DNA of 64,000 nucleotides, taken from the human T2T-CHM13v2.0 reference genome, Homo sapiens. The position numbers and the translations under genes were made by a program. Positions 44,904-57,074 of this stretch are shown in pieces. Where the stretch lies: NCBI RefSeq assembly GCF_009914755.1, contig NC_060926.1; one strand, given 5' to 3'. Every line of letters begins with the position of its first letter. Within the stretch, counting starts at the first letter, position 1. Below the pieces are notes generated by a model. The model was given only the letters and a program-made list of their open reading frames with translations, did not search any database and was not told where the DNA came from.

Positions 44904-47193
44904 ATTCTTATCACAAGGACTGTGGGAATGCACACTGCTGCCAAGCTGATTTTCAAGAGCAGTATGAAATCTGGGGAGTTTTAAAATTCTGGCAACTAAT
45001 TTTCTAAAAGCCAGTTATGTGTGTACCAAGGGGAATGTAGATCTGTGGGTCATAATTCCATGTGCAGGGTGCTTGTTTGTGACTTCTGATCTGTGAGGTC
45101 ACCTTGGTCCATTGGCCCTGCTAGCAAGTATGGGAATGAGCATCTCTCCAAGTTCAGACACGGGTTTGAGGTGGCGGAATTTGTCTTTTAAAATGGAAAA
45201 CCTCTATATTTATATTTATGAGCTGAACCATAAGAAATTGACATTTTTGTGTATCAACAATAATCAAATATTGTCAATTTCATGTGCTTCAATCTAAAAG
45301 GAATCATCCACTTAAGAGAAACTAGAATATGAAATATAGACTGTGTTCTGTCCTGCAGCATCAAACATTTCTGCCTCCTCTGAGACGAAGAAAGCACTCA
45401 CTAACTGTTCCAGCACCCCACGTTATTTACTAGCAGACCATGCCTGGCAGATGGAGGTGACATCAGCCATTGCCTGAGTAACATCCATCTTCTCATTTGC
45501 ACCAAGCAGCTTAAAGAGTCTGCCCTTCCTGGGACTAATGGCTTTAATATTAACATTGTTGAAGCTCCTTTTAGCAGCAGCATAGCCATTTGTGGAAATT
45601 TTCCAAATAATCATCTTTCTCTTCTTTTATCTTTCCTTCCATCAATTAGTTATAGGCTATCATTTTCTACAGATATTGTTAGTTTCTATGGATATCATTG
45701 CAGAAATCAACTGGACATAGCTGAGGATGAAACAATTGTTACCCTCAGGTAGGTGGACAGACTCCACCTCCAAAAGCAGTAAGATGGGTTTCATCCAGGA
45801 TCCGCAACTTCAGTGATTCAGGTGTGAATCGAATTGCTTACTGATGGTGCATTCTGTTAAACAAAAACGTGCATTGAGAGAGACACAGCTGGCAGACGAC
45901 CTAATGGGAACCTGGAGGGGAGGTTCTACCTCGGATGCCACATCTTCCCTCCCACTCCCAGACCAAATCCTGGGGTTTGAAAAGGGGGTTGGTACCAAAC
46001 CTTTGCCATGTTTGAGAGAAAGACAGGAAGAGAGCCTCACTTTTCTCACTGGCTTTCCCATGCATCCTAGAACTCGAACTCTGATGAAAGCATTTCTTTA
46101 GTTCCAAGAGCTCTCTGGATGAATAGGGTAATGGGTTTCTTTTTATTTTCTGCATCTTTTTTTTAACTATTTAATGTTTACTTCATATTGATTTATAAAC
46201 AACAACCTCTTTGTGAATTTCCTTCATAATATAGAAAATGTATTTTGACCAAATGTATAATGCATTTTTATTGTCTTAATTAACTGGAATTCCAACATTC
46301 CCTTCCCCCATTTCTTTGCTTTTAATGAAAAGTAGCAAATGAATAAAAACCATACAAAAAGAGAAAAAAAAAAAAAAACTGCAATCAGAGATTTAACCAA
46401 ACAAAACTCCCCACTAAAACCAAACTTTCCAGAAACAATTTTCAAAGTTCCTATGAAATCAATCATCTGGAGGGATATTTTAAAGGGAAAAAAGTGCTCT
46501 GTAAAATGATTAGCTTAGTTTCTTCATGTGACCTAAAAAAGGGCAGGTGGATGTAATCAACTTCTCACCCCATTGATGGCGAATACTTTGAAAGTCATAT
46601 TAATCATTTAGAAAGTATGTGACCACACATGAGACACTCCAGTTGCCTCTTTGTCTGGTCTCATAAGTGTGTACAGAATTATTTTGATGTGCCCAAGGCA
46701 CCTAAACCCTACACGCTCTGTGTGGCTGACTGAGAAACTGCAGAGCAGATGTCTGAAGGGCTGATGTGCTGAGCCCTGGGCTGTGTCGTGAGGCACAGCC
46801 ATCTCCAGCTAGCCTTGCTTTTATCTGCCACTTGCTAGACTTTCCCACTGACCACAGGCTCCCCGCAGCTTTGTGCCTCGGTTTATAGATTGATGGCAAT
46901 GCAAGGGGACTAAAAGTAAAGGAAGATAAATATCAAACTCTTAATCAAAGGAAGGAAGAGAAGGGAAAAGATCTATAAATTCAAAAATATTTTTTCATGT
47001 TTGCTGAGCATGGTAGCAGAGATACATGGAAACTCATGGCCTAGCAGTTGTTTAATGCTGATGGGTGGAGTAATCATCATTATTATTATCAACAAGAACT
47101 TTTATTTACTCAGCACTTTCTGTATGTCAGGCACTGTCTAAATGCTTCTCATGCATCGATGCATTTAATTTTCACAGCTCTGTAAAGTAAGTA

Positions 47194-49102
47194 CAGTTGA
47201 CTCTTGAGCAACATGGATTTGAACTGTTTGGGATCACTAATAATAGATTTTCTTTTTTTTTTCACATCAATTTGTACTTTTATTTCTTATTCTTGAGGTT
47301 AGATTCTAAACCCTAAAGATATCCAAACTGTATTAGATCTACTTATCTATAGCCAGAGACAGCTTCTATCATGTTGTCCTTAGCAGCCAAGGTTATTAAA
47401 ATGTCTTTTCTCCAGGAAGATCCAATAGGAAAAAAGAAAGAAACCTCTCTGATTAGGCTTCAACCATACCCCACCCTCCATCATATTGACTGGATAGGCA
47501 TAATGGAAACCAGAACATGTGGTTTCCAAAAAAGAAAAATCCTATGAGGGAGGGGAGGAGGGGAGAGGAAGGATTCAGCCAGTGCCCAGAGTCAAATTGA
47601 GTAATATCAATTTCACTCTCCTTCACAGATCTTCAAGTTGTATGTTCATGGAGTAGTTTAGGAATAAATCCATGGTTTGTGGAGTACTAAAATACCTAGT
47701 TGTCTGCTTTATTACATTATGGCTTTCCCCAGCAGTTTCCAAGGCAAACTGGCAGGAGAATTTGGCTGGAACTACATGCAGGACTGTAGAGATTCCTCTC
47801 CACAGTTATAGAAGGGACTGTTCCAGGCCTGATTGTTCCAGAACTGGGTGCACCAGGTCTGAGTGTTCCAGGAGTAGTTGCTCCAGGACTGGATGTTCAG
47901 GCTGTGGTTGCTGCAGCTTGAATTGCTCCAGGTCTGGTTGCTCCACATTGGAAGGTTTCCAGTCGTGTTCACCAGGCATTCCTGGTGGTAAGAAGAGTAG
48001 AGGCTGGGGTAGGTAGGTGCTGAGGCCTGAGTCACACCATTGCTATTCTGCGGCCAGTTGTTTTTCTGCCACCTCTTAGATTTCATTCTCTGGTTCTGGA
48101 ACCAGGTCTTCACCTGTTTGTAGCTAAGGTTCAGGATATTGGAAAGTTCTTGCATCTGTTGAAGGCTGAGGTATTTCTGTCTCTGAAATCTATCATTGAG
48201 TACACACAGCTGGGTGGAAGAGAACACAGTTCTGGTCTTCTGTTTCTTGACTGGGACCTTGTCTTCCTTCTTTTGTGGCGCTATTCTCTGCAGCAGTGGG
48301 TTGTTTGCCTTTGGGACTGGTAGGAGAATCAGGACTATCCTAAATATGCAGATCCATGGAGGAAGGAAGAGGAGAGACAGTCGCAGTGTGAGGCATCTCA
48401 GCAGGAGACATTTGCAAGGATGGATAGTTTCTTCAGGCCCACAAATGACAGGCATAGGTGAAGATTCTTTACAATCAGATGCTTTGAAGCCAGGCAGGTT
48501 TGGGGACAAGCTGGATTCACACTCATGTTATTACTGGGGAAGAGAAGTAAAAAATTTAAGAGCTGGACTGGAAAAAAGGCTAAGGCAGCGTTAAGACTTT
48601 TCTGGAAGATCTTAGAGAAATATGACCTCCAGAAGTGAAAGTATCAAGAAGTTGGGATGAAGTGAGCCACCTCCACAACAACAGGAGGCAACCAGCTCAG
48701 CCCAGCAAAATGTCAATGACAGATTTTCTTCCACCTCTGCCACCCCTAAGACAGCAAAACCAACCCCTCCTTTTCCTCCTTCTCCTCAGCCTACTCAACA
48801 TGAAGACAAGGAAAAAAAAAATGTGATGATCTACTTTCACTTAATCAATATTAAATATATTTTCCTTATGATTTGCTTAATAACATTTTCTTTTCTCTAG
48901 ATTACTTTATTATAAGAATACAGTATATAATGCATAGAACATATAAAATATATGTTGATTGACTGTTTATGTTATAAGTAAGGCTTCCAGTTAACAGTAG
49001 GCTATTAGTAGTCAAGCTTTTAGGGAACCAAATGTTATATGCAGATTTTTGACTGCACAGGGGTCAGCACCCCTAACCCGTGCATTGTTCAAGGGTCAAC
49101 TG
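47194..49102. mobile_element. Tigger2a (MER28) MITE split by the NANOG retrocopy
   Basis: TIRs cagttgactcttgagcaac / ttgttcaagggtcaactg with TA TSDs (47192-93, 49103-04); body resumes at 48721 (agattttcttccacctctgccacccct). Confidence 0.9.
47255..48720 (-). pseudogene. NANOGP2: Processed NANOG pseudogene (near full-length 5'UTR, intronless CDS 48526-47623, short 3'UTR, poly-A)
   Basis: Translation includes NANOG homeodomain [61 protein letters not shown] and W-repeats; no introns; frameshifts and premature TAG at 47772-74; poly-T 47253-62; TSD agattttctt at 47245-54 and 48721-30. The P2 number rests on recalled 2q36.1 location shared with SGPP2. Confidence 0.93.
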
Positions 49103-50149
49103 TATTTTATGTTATATAGTTGAGGAAACGGAGGCACAGCGAGATTAACTCACTTGTCCAGGGCCACACAGCTAGTGAATAGTAAAGCAAGGATTGAAAC
49201 CCAAGTTTTTAACAATAGTACTGACCTGCCTCTTTTGATAAGCGTGCTAGAGAACATTTGGTTTATTTCCAAAAGTGTAGATGCATTTTGTAATCTTTTA
49301 CTTTTGTTAACAATTACCATTTAATTTTCCTCTCTAGCAAGGAGGTCCTTTTGAATCCTTCAAAAATTTAAGCATTTTTACTTCATGATTTTTTTTGCCA
49401 ATACAAACAGAAAATTTTCTCTCTAACCTGCAAGCATCTGAAGATAAAGAGAGGAGAGCCTGCTGGTGTTTATCTTTCTCAAAAAGATAACGGGAAATAT
49501 GACTCAGGTGGCTCTTGAGAGATGCTGTTCCCATTGCTGATGTTCAGTGTTTTATATCTGCTGTCTGGATTTGACTTGGAGAAAAGCATGCAAGGTGAAA
49601 TGTGCTTACAACTCTCTGCCAAGGTGAAAACCTCAATACTATAATAGGAGAGCTTGGATGAGGAAGGAGTGAGTTCAGAGATAAATAACTTGACTCTATC
49701 TTGTGATAAATTCTGAAGTGGTCTGTTATGAAAGTCCCTTTCAGACCTATGGGTCAAAGTAGATTTTCTTTAATGTGAACCACAGTGATTTCACAGGTAC
49801 AGTGTAATGGAGGACCAGAAACACACATAGACTTGTTCCTGGATAGCTGAGCTTCTTAGACTTGACAAGCAGGCTTCTGCTTGATTAGCTGAAAACTCAG
49901 GCAAGTGTGAGCCTCATTCCCTTCTGTGAAAATGAGGCAATTGGACCAAACAGTGGAGCTGTTAAAAAAAAAAAAAAAAACAGGCCAATTTGAACCTCAC
50001 TCCAGATCTAGTAAATCAGGCTCCTGGAGTAGAGTCCAGGTATGTGTATTTTTCAAAGCTCCTTGGGTGTCATTAAGAACCCGTAGATGGCTACTTTCTA
50101 ACCAGAATGTGTGCTAATGGCATGCTCCACTTTTATTTCTCTGTCTCTT

Positions 50150-50890
<741 letters not shown>

Positions 50891-51009
50891 AATACCTGAC
50901 AAGGTGGTTATAAAATTATTACTTGATATTTGACTAATTAGGCTTTATTTTCTTAACTTGGGATATAACTCACATACAATGAAGTTTACTCTTCTAAAAT
51001 GTAAAACTC

Positions 51010-51323
51010 GGCTAGGTGCAGTGGTTCATGCCTGTAATCCCAATGCTTTGGGAGCCCAGGAGTTTGATGCTTCAGTGAGCTATGATTGAACCACTGTGCT
51101 CCAGCCTGGGCAACAGAGTGAGACCCTGTTTCTACAAAAGTTTTTAAAAATTAAAAAATATTCCCCGGGTGTGGTGACATGTGTCTATAGTCGCAGCAAC
51201 TTGGGAGGCTAAGGTGGGAGGATTGCTTGAGCCCAGGAGTTTGAGGCTATGGTGAGCTATGACTGTGCCACTACACTCCAGTCTGGGCAATAGAGCAAGA
51301 CCCTGTCTCTAAAATAAATAAAT
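51010..51323 (+). mobile_element. Atypical AluJ-age dimer inserted in an L1MB 3' end
   Basis: TSD aaatgtaaaactc (50997-51009)/aaatgtacaactc (51324-51336). Confidence 0.85.
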
Positions 51324-51519
51324 AAATGTACAACTCAGAGGTTTTTAGTATATTCACAAAGCTGTGCAACCATCACTATTATCTGCTTTTAGAATTTAAG
51401 AATAAATTGCTTTAATTTGCAAAAAATGTGATGGTATAGGAAATCATAGTACTGATCCTGGAGTAAATAAAAGAAAACTTGGCTGGGATGATGGAGAAAA
51501 CACTCAGACTCTCCCATTC

Positions 51520-51702
51520 CACACATCTAATGTAAATTTTGTGTGATGATGGACATGTTCTGTATTGCACCGTCCATATTGGGAGCCACTAGCCTCACGT
51601 GGCTGTTGAGCACTTGAAATGCAACTGGTACTATTGGGAACTGGATCTTTTATTTTGTTAAATTTAAATAGCCACATATGGATACCATATTGAACAGCAC
51701 AG
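51520..51702. mobile_element. MER3-like hAT-Charlie MITE
   Basis: gagccactagcctcacgtggctgttgagcacttgaaatg...ccatattgaacagcacag. Confidence 0.7.
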
Positions 51703-53266
51703 CTCTATGGCAGCTTACAAATTCATAGTCTTATCTGAGATCATTTTCCCCGTCTCTCCTACCTCCCCGGTGTCTAAAATGATTGAAATGTTGAAGCATA
51801 TTTATTGTATTTATACCTAATCCTCAGTACAAAGAAAAAGCTGGAGAGTTCCCACAAGGAATCTAGATGACAAGAGGCATAAAGGATGGATGACAGATTC
51901 TAAGCATCTTCTGGGGTAGAATAGGATCTGAGTGGGAGTTAACCTGGTTGTCAACACATGGGTGACATCTGTATGCTCATGGAAGGCAAAGGCAAGTGAT
52001 GACCTCAGCCCCAGCTTCACAACTCACAGCGAATAAAAATAATTCCCAAAGCAGAATATTTTAAGAGGGCAATAAAGTAAGGTTATCTCTCCTGCTCCAC
52101 TTGTGGGTTGCATGTGACAATAGTAACAAAATCACCCTTTCTAGGATTATGTCCCTGAACTATTTAAGAAGCTTCAAAGCGCCATGAAAGACTCTAAACT
52201 CTCATGGTTAAACTCATTAAGCCCTACCCTCCCCAAGTTCCATTTAAGCTGTTTCTATTATTTAAAAAGAAAAAAGAAAAAAAAATCTTCAGAGCCTTGC
52301 ATTTTTGTCTAGAGGATTTGCTTTTCCATCCTTCATAAGTAGAAAAGTAGCCCAGGAGGAGCCTTAAGCTTTATTAATATTATAAAATATTCAGTGGTTT
52401 TTTTAATTGTTCATTTCCTGTTTTTTTTTTAACTACCATGTTTTGCAAATATGAGGCATACATGAAGGTAAACAAGTTTAAGATGTTTCTTGTCTTAAAA
52501 CTTCCTGTATTATTTTGGAGCCAGAATAAATTCTTGATATTTATTATGTACGATGTTATGAAAAGATGAGATGACCTTTAATGTGTAAGGCCTATGCATT
52601 AATATTTGCCTATAAAATATGGCATGTTCCATAGAAGACCAGAAATACTCTCTTATTACCTGACAGATGTAGAAGGAAAAAAGCAATCAGGCGACCTCTA
52701 AAATTGCGAGCTTTTAAGGTAAACACAAATGTAGACTGAGATTCCATAGGTCAATATATTTAAACATTATTTGTTAAACTAAGAAACCATTAAATATAAT
52801 GTTTTGGCCTCTTATCTTCACATCTGTGTCTTCATGTGACCTGGAAAGTTGGGTTCAAATTTAGAATTCTCGGCCTAGAGATTTACACTAAAAAGTAGGA
52901 AAGTAAGGGAGGCAGCCTGTCTACTGTCTAGGACTACAGAAGGGCTCTGTCTGGGTCTATGTTCCCGCATGAACAGCCATCCTCAACCAGGCCTCCAGTC
53001 TAGGGTAGTGCATGTCTGTGCTGTCCTCCACCCCAGGGAGGGTAGACCTGGGGCAGAGACCTGTGCAGGCCTGGGATGCAGGCTCAGGCATTTGGGTAGG
53101 AAATGCTGGGATTGCCAATGAATGATCTAGAGAATTGAGCATCTTCTCTCGCTTCATAGGGAAGGACATGGCTGGAGCAGGGTCAGAGCAGGGGGCCTAA
53201 ATCAGAAAGTCCAGGATACGAACCCCAGTTACCTGGTTCTAGGAGCCGATGACCATTAAGTGTCTC

Positions 53267-53586
53267 TTTGTGTTTTTTGTTTTGTTTTTGTTTTTGTTTG
53301 TGATGGGGTCTTGCTGTGTGACTCAGCCCGAAGTGCAGTGGAGAGATCATGGCTCACTACGGCCTCAACCTCCCACTTAAGTGATCCTCCCACCTCAGCC
53401 TCCCAATTAGCTGGAACTACAGGCAAGTGCCACCATGCCTAGCTATTTTTTTTTTTTTTAATTTTTTGTAGAGATGGAGAGTCACTGCGTTGGCCAGGCT
53501 GGTCTCAAACTTCTTGGTTCAAGTGATCCTCCTGCCACATCCTCCCAAAGTGTTGGGATTACAGGTGTGAGCCACCGTGCCTGGCC
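53267..53586 (-). mobile_element. AluJ
   Basis: Dimeric Alu; TSD agtgtctct/agtgcctct. Confidence 0.85.
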
Positions 53587-54306
53587 CAGTGCCTCTGTTG
53601 AAAGAAACTCTGCTCCTTAACATTCCCGTGATAACATTTCACCAAGCCAGGACAGCAGAGCAGTTACTTATTAGAGGGCTAAAATGTCCTATATTGTTTT
53701 AGAGCAAAAATAAGTTACTGATATTTATTATGTATGAAGTTATGAAAAGATGAGATGGCCTTTAATGCATCCTTAAGATCTGGCTCTACAGGTGGTCTCT
53801 TTTACAGTCAGAAGTTTTCAGTTTGCTATTTCCGAGGCTTCCGAGTGCTTTTAAATTTTTTCAAGCTTTATTGAAATACAGTTCACATGCCATGCAATTT
53901 ACCTATGTTGTTCCTAGTATATTCTCAATTTAGTATATTGTGACCATCACCACAATCAATTTTAGAACATTTTCATCACCCCAAAAAGAAACCCATGCTC
54001 ATTAGCAAGCATTCCCGTTTTCCTCACCTCACCCCCAGCCCAGCGCAAGCACTAATTGACTTTGTCTCTCTAGTTTGCCTCTTCCTCACTGAGGGCTTTC
54101 GTACTTTTAAAGTGGTTTCCCTATACATGTGTACATATTAAGTAGGCCCAGATAGAATAGCAAAATCTCAATACATCCAGATATTTTGTTTTCTCAGTAG
54201 ATGTAGGTTAGTGCTTCTCAAACTTTAATGGGCAAGAGAATCACTCTGGAACCTGGTTAAAATTCCCACTGATTCAGCCAGTCTTGGGTAGGGCCTGAAA
54301 TTCTGA

Positions 54307-54678
<372 letters not shown>

Positions 54679-54818
54679 CATGGAAGCCACATTTTAAAGA
54701 ACAAGGAAGGACACAGGATGCTGAAGTCATTATTTTAACCAAAGCAGCCTCCATTTCAGACAATGAATTGGTTTAGTATGGCAGAGTCCCATTATAGCAT
54801 AGAAAGCATGAGGGGAGT

Positions 54819-54900
54819 GGTGTGTATGCATGCATGTGTGTGTGCGTGCATGGGTGTGTGTGTGTGTGTGTCTCAGAGAGATTGAGAGAGAGAGAGACAG
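54819..54900. repeat. Compound (TG)n/(GA)n microsatellite
   Basis: Seen directly. Confidence 0.85.
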
Positions 54901-56601
54901 AGATGGGCAGTGGGCAGAGGCTCCCGGAACATGAACCTCTATCTACCATTCTGAAATGAGGGCTGTGAGGACTTTGTACATTTCTTTTCTCCTTTCTGGC
55001 CTTCAACTCCATGCTCTTCCTGATTCACCATCCTCCTTGTAAAACTGAGATACTGCAGGTTGTTCAACTTTGGTTCCCTTCTTTATCAAGACTGCAAAAC
55101 TATGTTCCTCTGACCATCGCTGATGCACCAGGGTCATTGGTTCTGGTCACACAGCACTTTCTGGAAACTGCATTCTTGTGAAAAGAAATGAGAACCACAT
55201 TTCCCACACTTTAATATTTTTGACAAGCTCTGTTTCCTTGGGCATAGGAACCACAGTCCCTGTTTTCAGAGCAGGAATCTGAAGCGCGCGGCCCTCGGTG
55301 ACGGGGCTCAGTCAAAACCCAGGGCCTCCGGGTTTGCTCGGGGTGGGCATTGCACAGCCTGTGGCATTCAGTTGCCATCCACAGAAGAAGGACTCACTTT
55401 CTCTGGGTTTTATCACGTTGTTTTTGTTCCTGTGGTTTCTTGCTAAATAACTGTATCATCAGATCCCACATGGCAGCGCCAAGGCCAAACACAGAAACCA
55501 ATTTTTATTCATCTTCCAGGATGGCCCATGAGACTCCCTGAGTACCCAGCTGTTATTTCAGATGTGAGGTGGGAGCGCAGGGAGGCTCCAGTGGGGCTGC
55601 TGGGCTGTGGATGGCAGAGGCTGGGTTGTGTATAAAACCCCTGAGAACACGACATAAGCGGTTGAGCTTCATGGCAATATGTCTGTGACTTCTCCTTAAG
55701 ATACATTTGAATCTGAAAAACAATGCAAAATTACTTAGAAAAGACAAGAATGTGAATCCACTGGTGACCGTTTACAGCAGCACATCTCTGATCATGGCAC
55801 CTCTTGGCTCCAGCACTTTCAAAGGCTCCCTATTACCCAAGTTCTAAACCCAGCCTCCTTATTACGACCTCCAGGGCTCTCCTCTCTGGCTTTGGCCTCC
55901 ACTTCTAGCTCTGCTGCCTACGACTCCCTTTACAAATCCCTCACACCCTGGCTGCTCTGTCGTGGACCAGGTACTGTTTCAGGAACACGGTGCCTCACAG
56001 CTTCCATGCCTCTCCTCTTGCTGTTCCTTTCTGCTGGAATGTCCCTCTTTCCCTTCTCTGTTAAAATCTGAGTCTTCCTTCCAGGGTGAATTCCTTTCCT
56101 CTCCCTTCATGATGCCTTTTTAAAAAATCTCTTTAAATTAATTAAGCAATGGGATCTCACTCTGTTGCCCAGGCTGAAGTGCAGTGGCATGATAATAGCT
56201 CACTGCAGCCTTGAACCCCCAGGCTCAAACACTCCTCCTGCCTTCCAAAGTGCTGGGATTATAGGCATGAGCCACCACATTCGGCTGTTTTTCGAATCTT
56301 TTTACCGTCTTTCTCTCCTCTGTGTTCTACTCCAACTGGACTTTCTTTTGACATTGTCTTGTGATTTACATTGTTAATAGAAATGCAAATACAATGACCA
56401 TTTATTGAACACATGCTGTGTGCCTGATGGGGTAGCATGTGATTTACATAAGTGACTCCATTTCCCCTTCCAAATGCCTTAGTAAAGAAGCTGGTGTTGT
56501 CCCCACTGCAAGGTGAAGTTATAAGTTCAGACTTCCCCAGAGTTACCTAGCATGTCCGGCATTGGTCCCAAGGCTGGTGATGACACCCAGAGCCTCTTAG
56601 G

Positions 56602-57074
56602 CAGCAGTCCCCAGCCTTTTTGGCATCAGAGACCAGTTTCATGGAAGACGATTTTCCCACGGACTGGGCAGGTGGGGGGATGGTTTTAGGATGATTCAAG
56701 CACGTTGCCTTTATTGTGCACTTTATTTCTATTATTATTACATTGTAATATATTAATATAATGAAATAATTATACAACTCACCATAATGTAGAATCAGTG
56801 GGAGCCCTAAGCTTGTTTTCCTGCAACTAGATGGTCCCATCTAAGGGTGATGGGAGACAGTGACAGATCATCAGGCATTAGATTCTCATAAGAAGTGCAC
56901 AGCCTAGATCCCTCGCATGTGCAGTTCACAATAGGGTTTGTGCTCCTATGAGAATCTAACGGGGCCACTGATCTGACAGGAGGTGGAGCACAAGTGGTAA
57001 TGTTCACTCACCCTCCACTCATCTCCTGCTGGTTCCTAATGGAACCAGTCCATGGCCCAGGGGTTGGGGACCTG
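56602..57074. mobile_element. MER1A (hAT-Charlie) element
   Basis: TIRs cagcagtccccagcc / ggttggggacctg; perfect 8-bp TSD ctcttagg at 56594-56601 and 57075-57082. Confidence 0.92.

Larger units (their letters stand above)
47095..49210 (-). mobile_element. MIR split into two halves (~47095-47191 and ~49105-49210) by Tigger2a
   Basis: tttactcagcactttctgtatgtcaggcactg...cacagctctgtaaagtaagta | ...gaggaaacggaggcacagcgagattaactcacttgtccagggccacacagctagtg. Confidence 0.75.

Noticed and set aside
47672-48016. Plus-strand Cys/Ser-repeat ORF resembling a keratin-associated or metallothionein-like protein
   Set aside because: It is the antisense reading of the NANOG tryptophan pentapeptide repeats (TGG read as CCA, 15-nt period).
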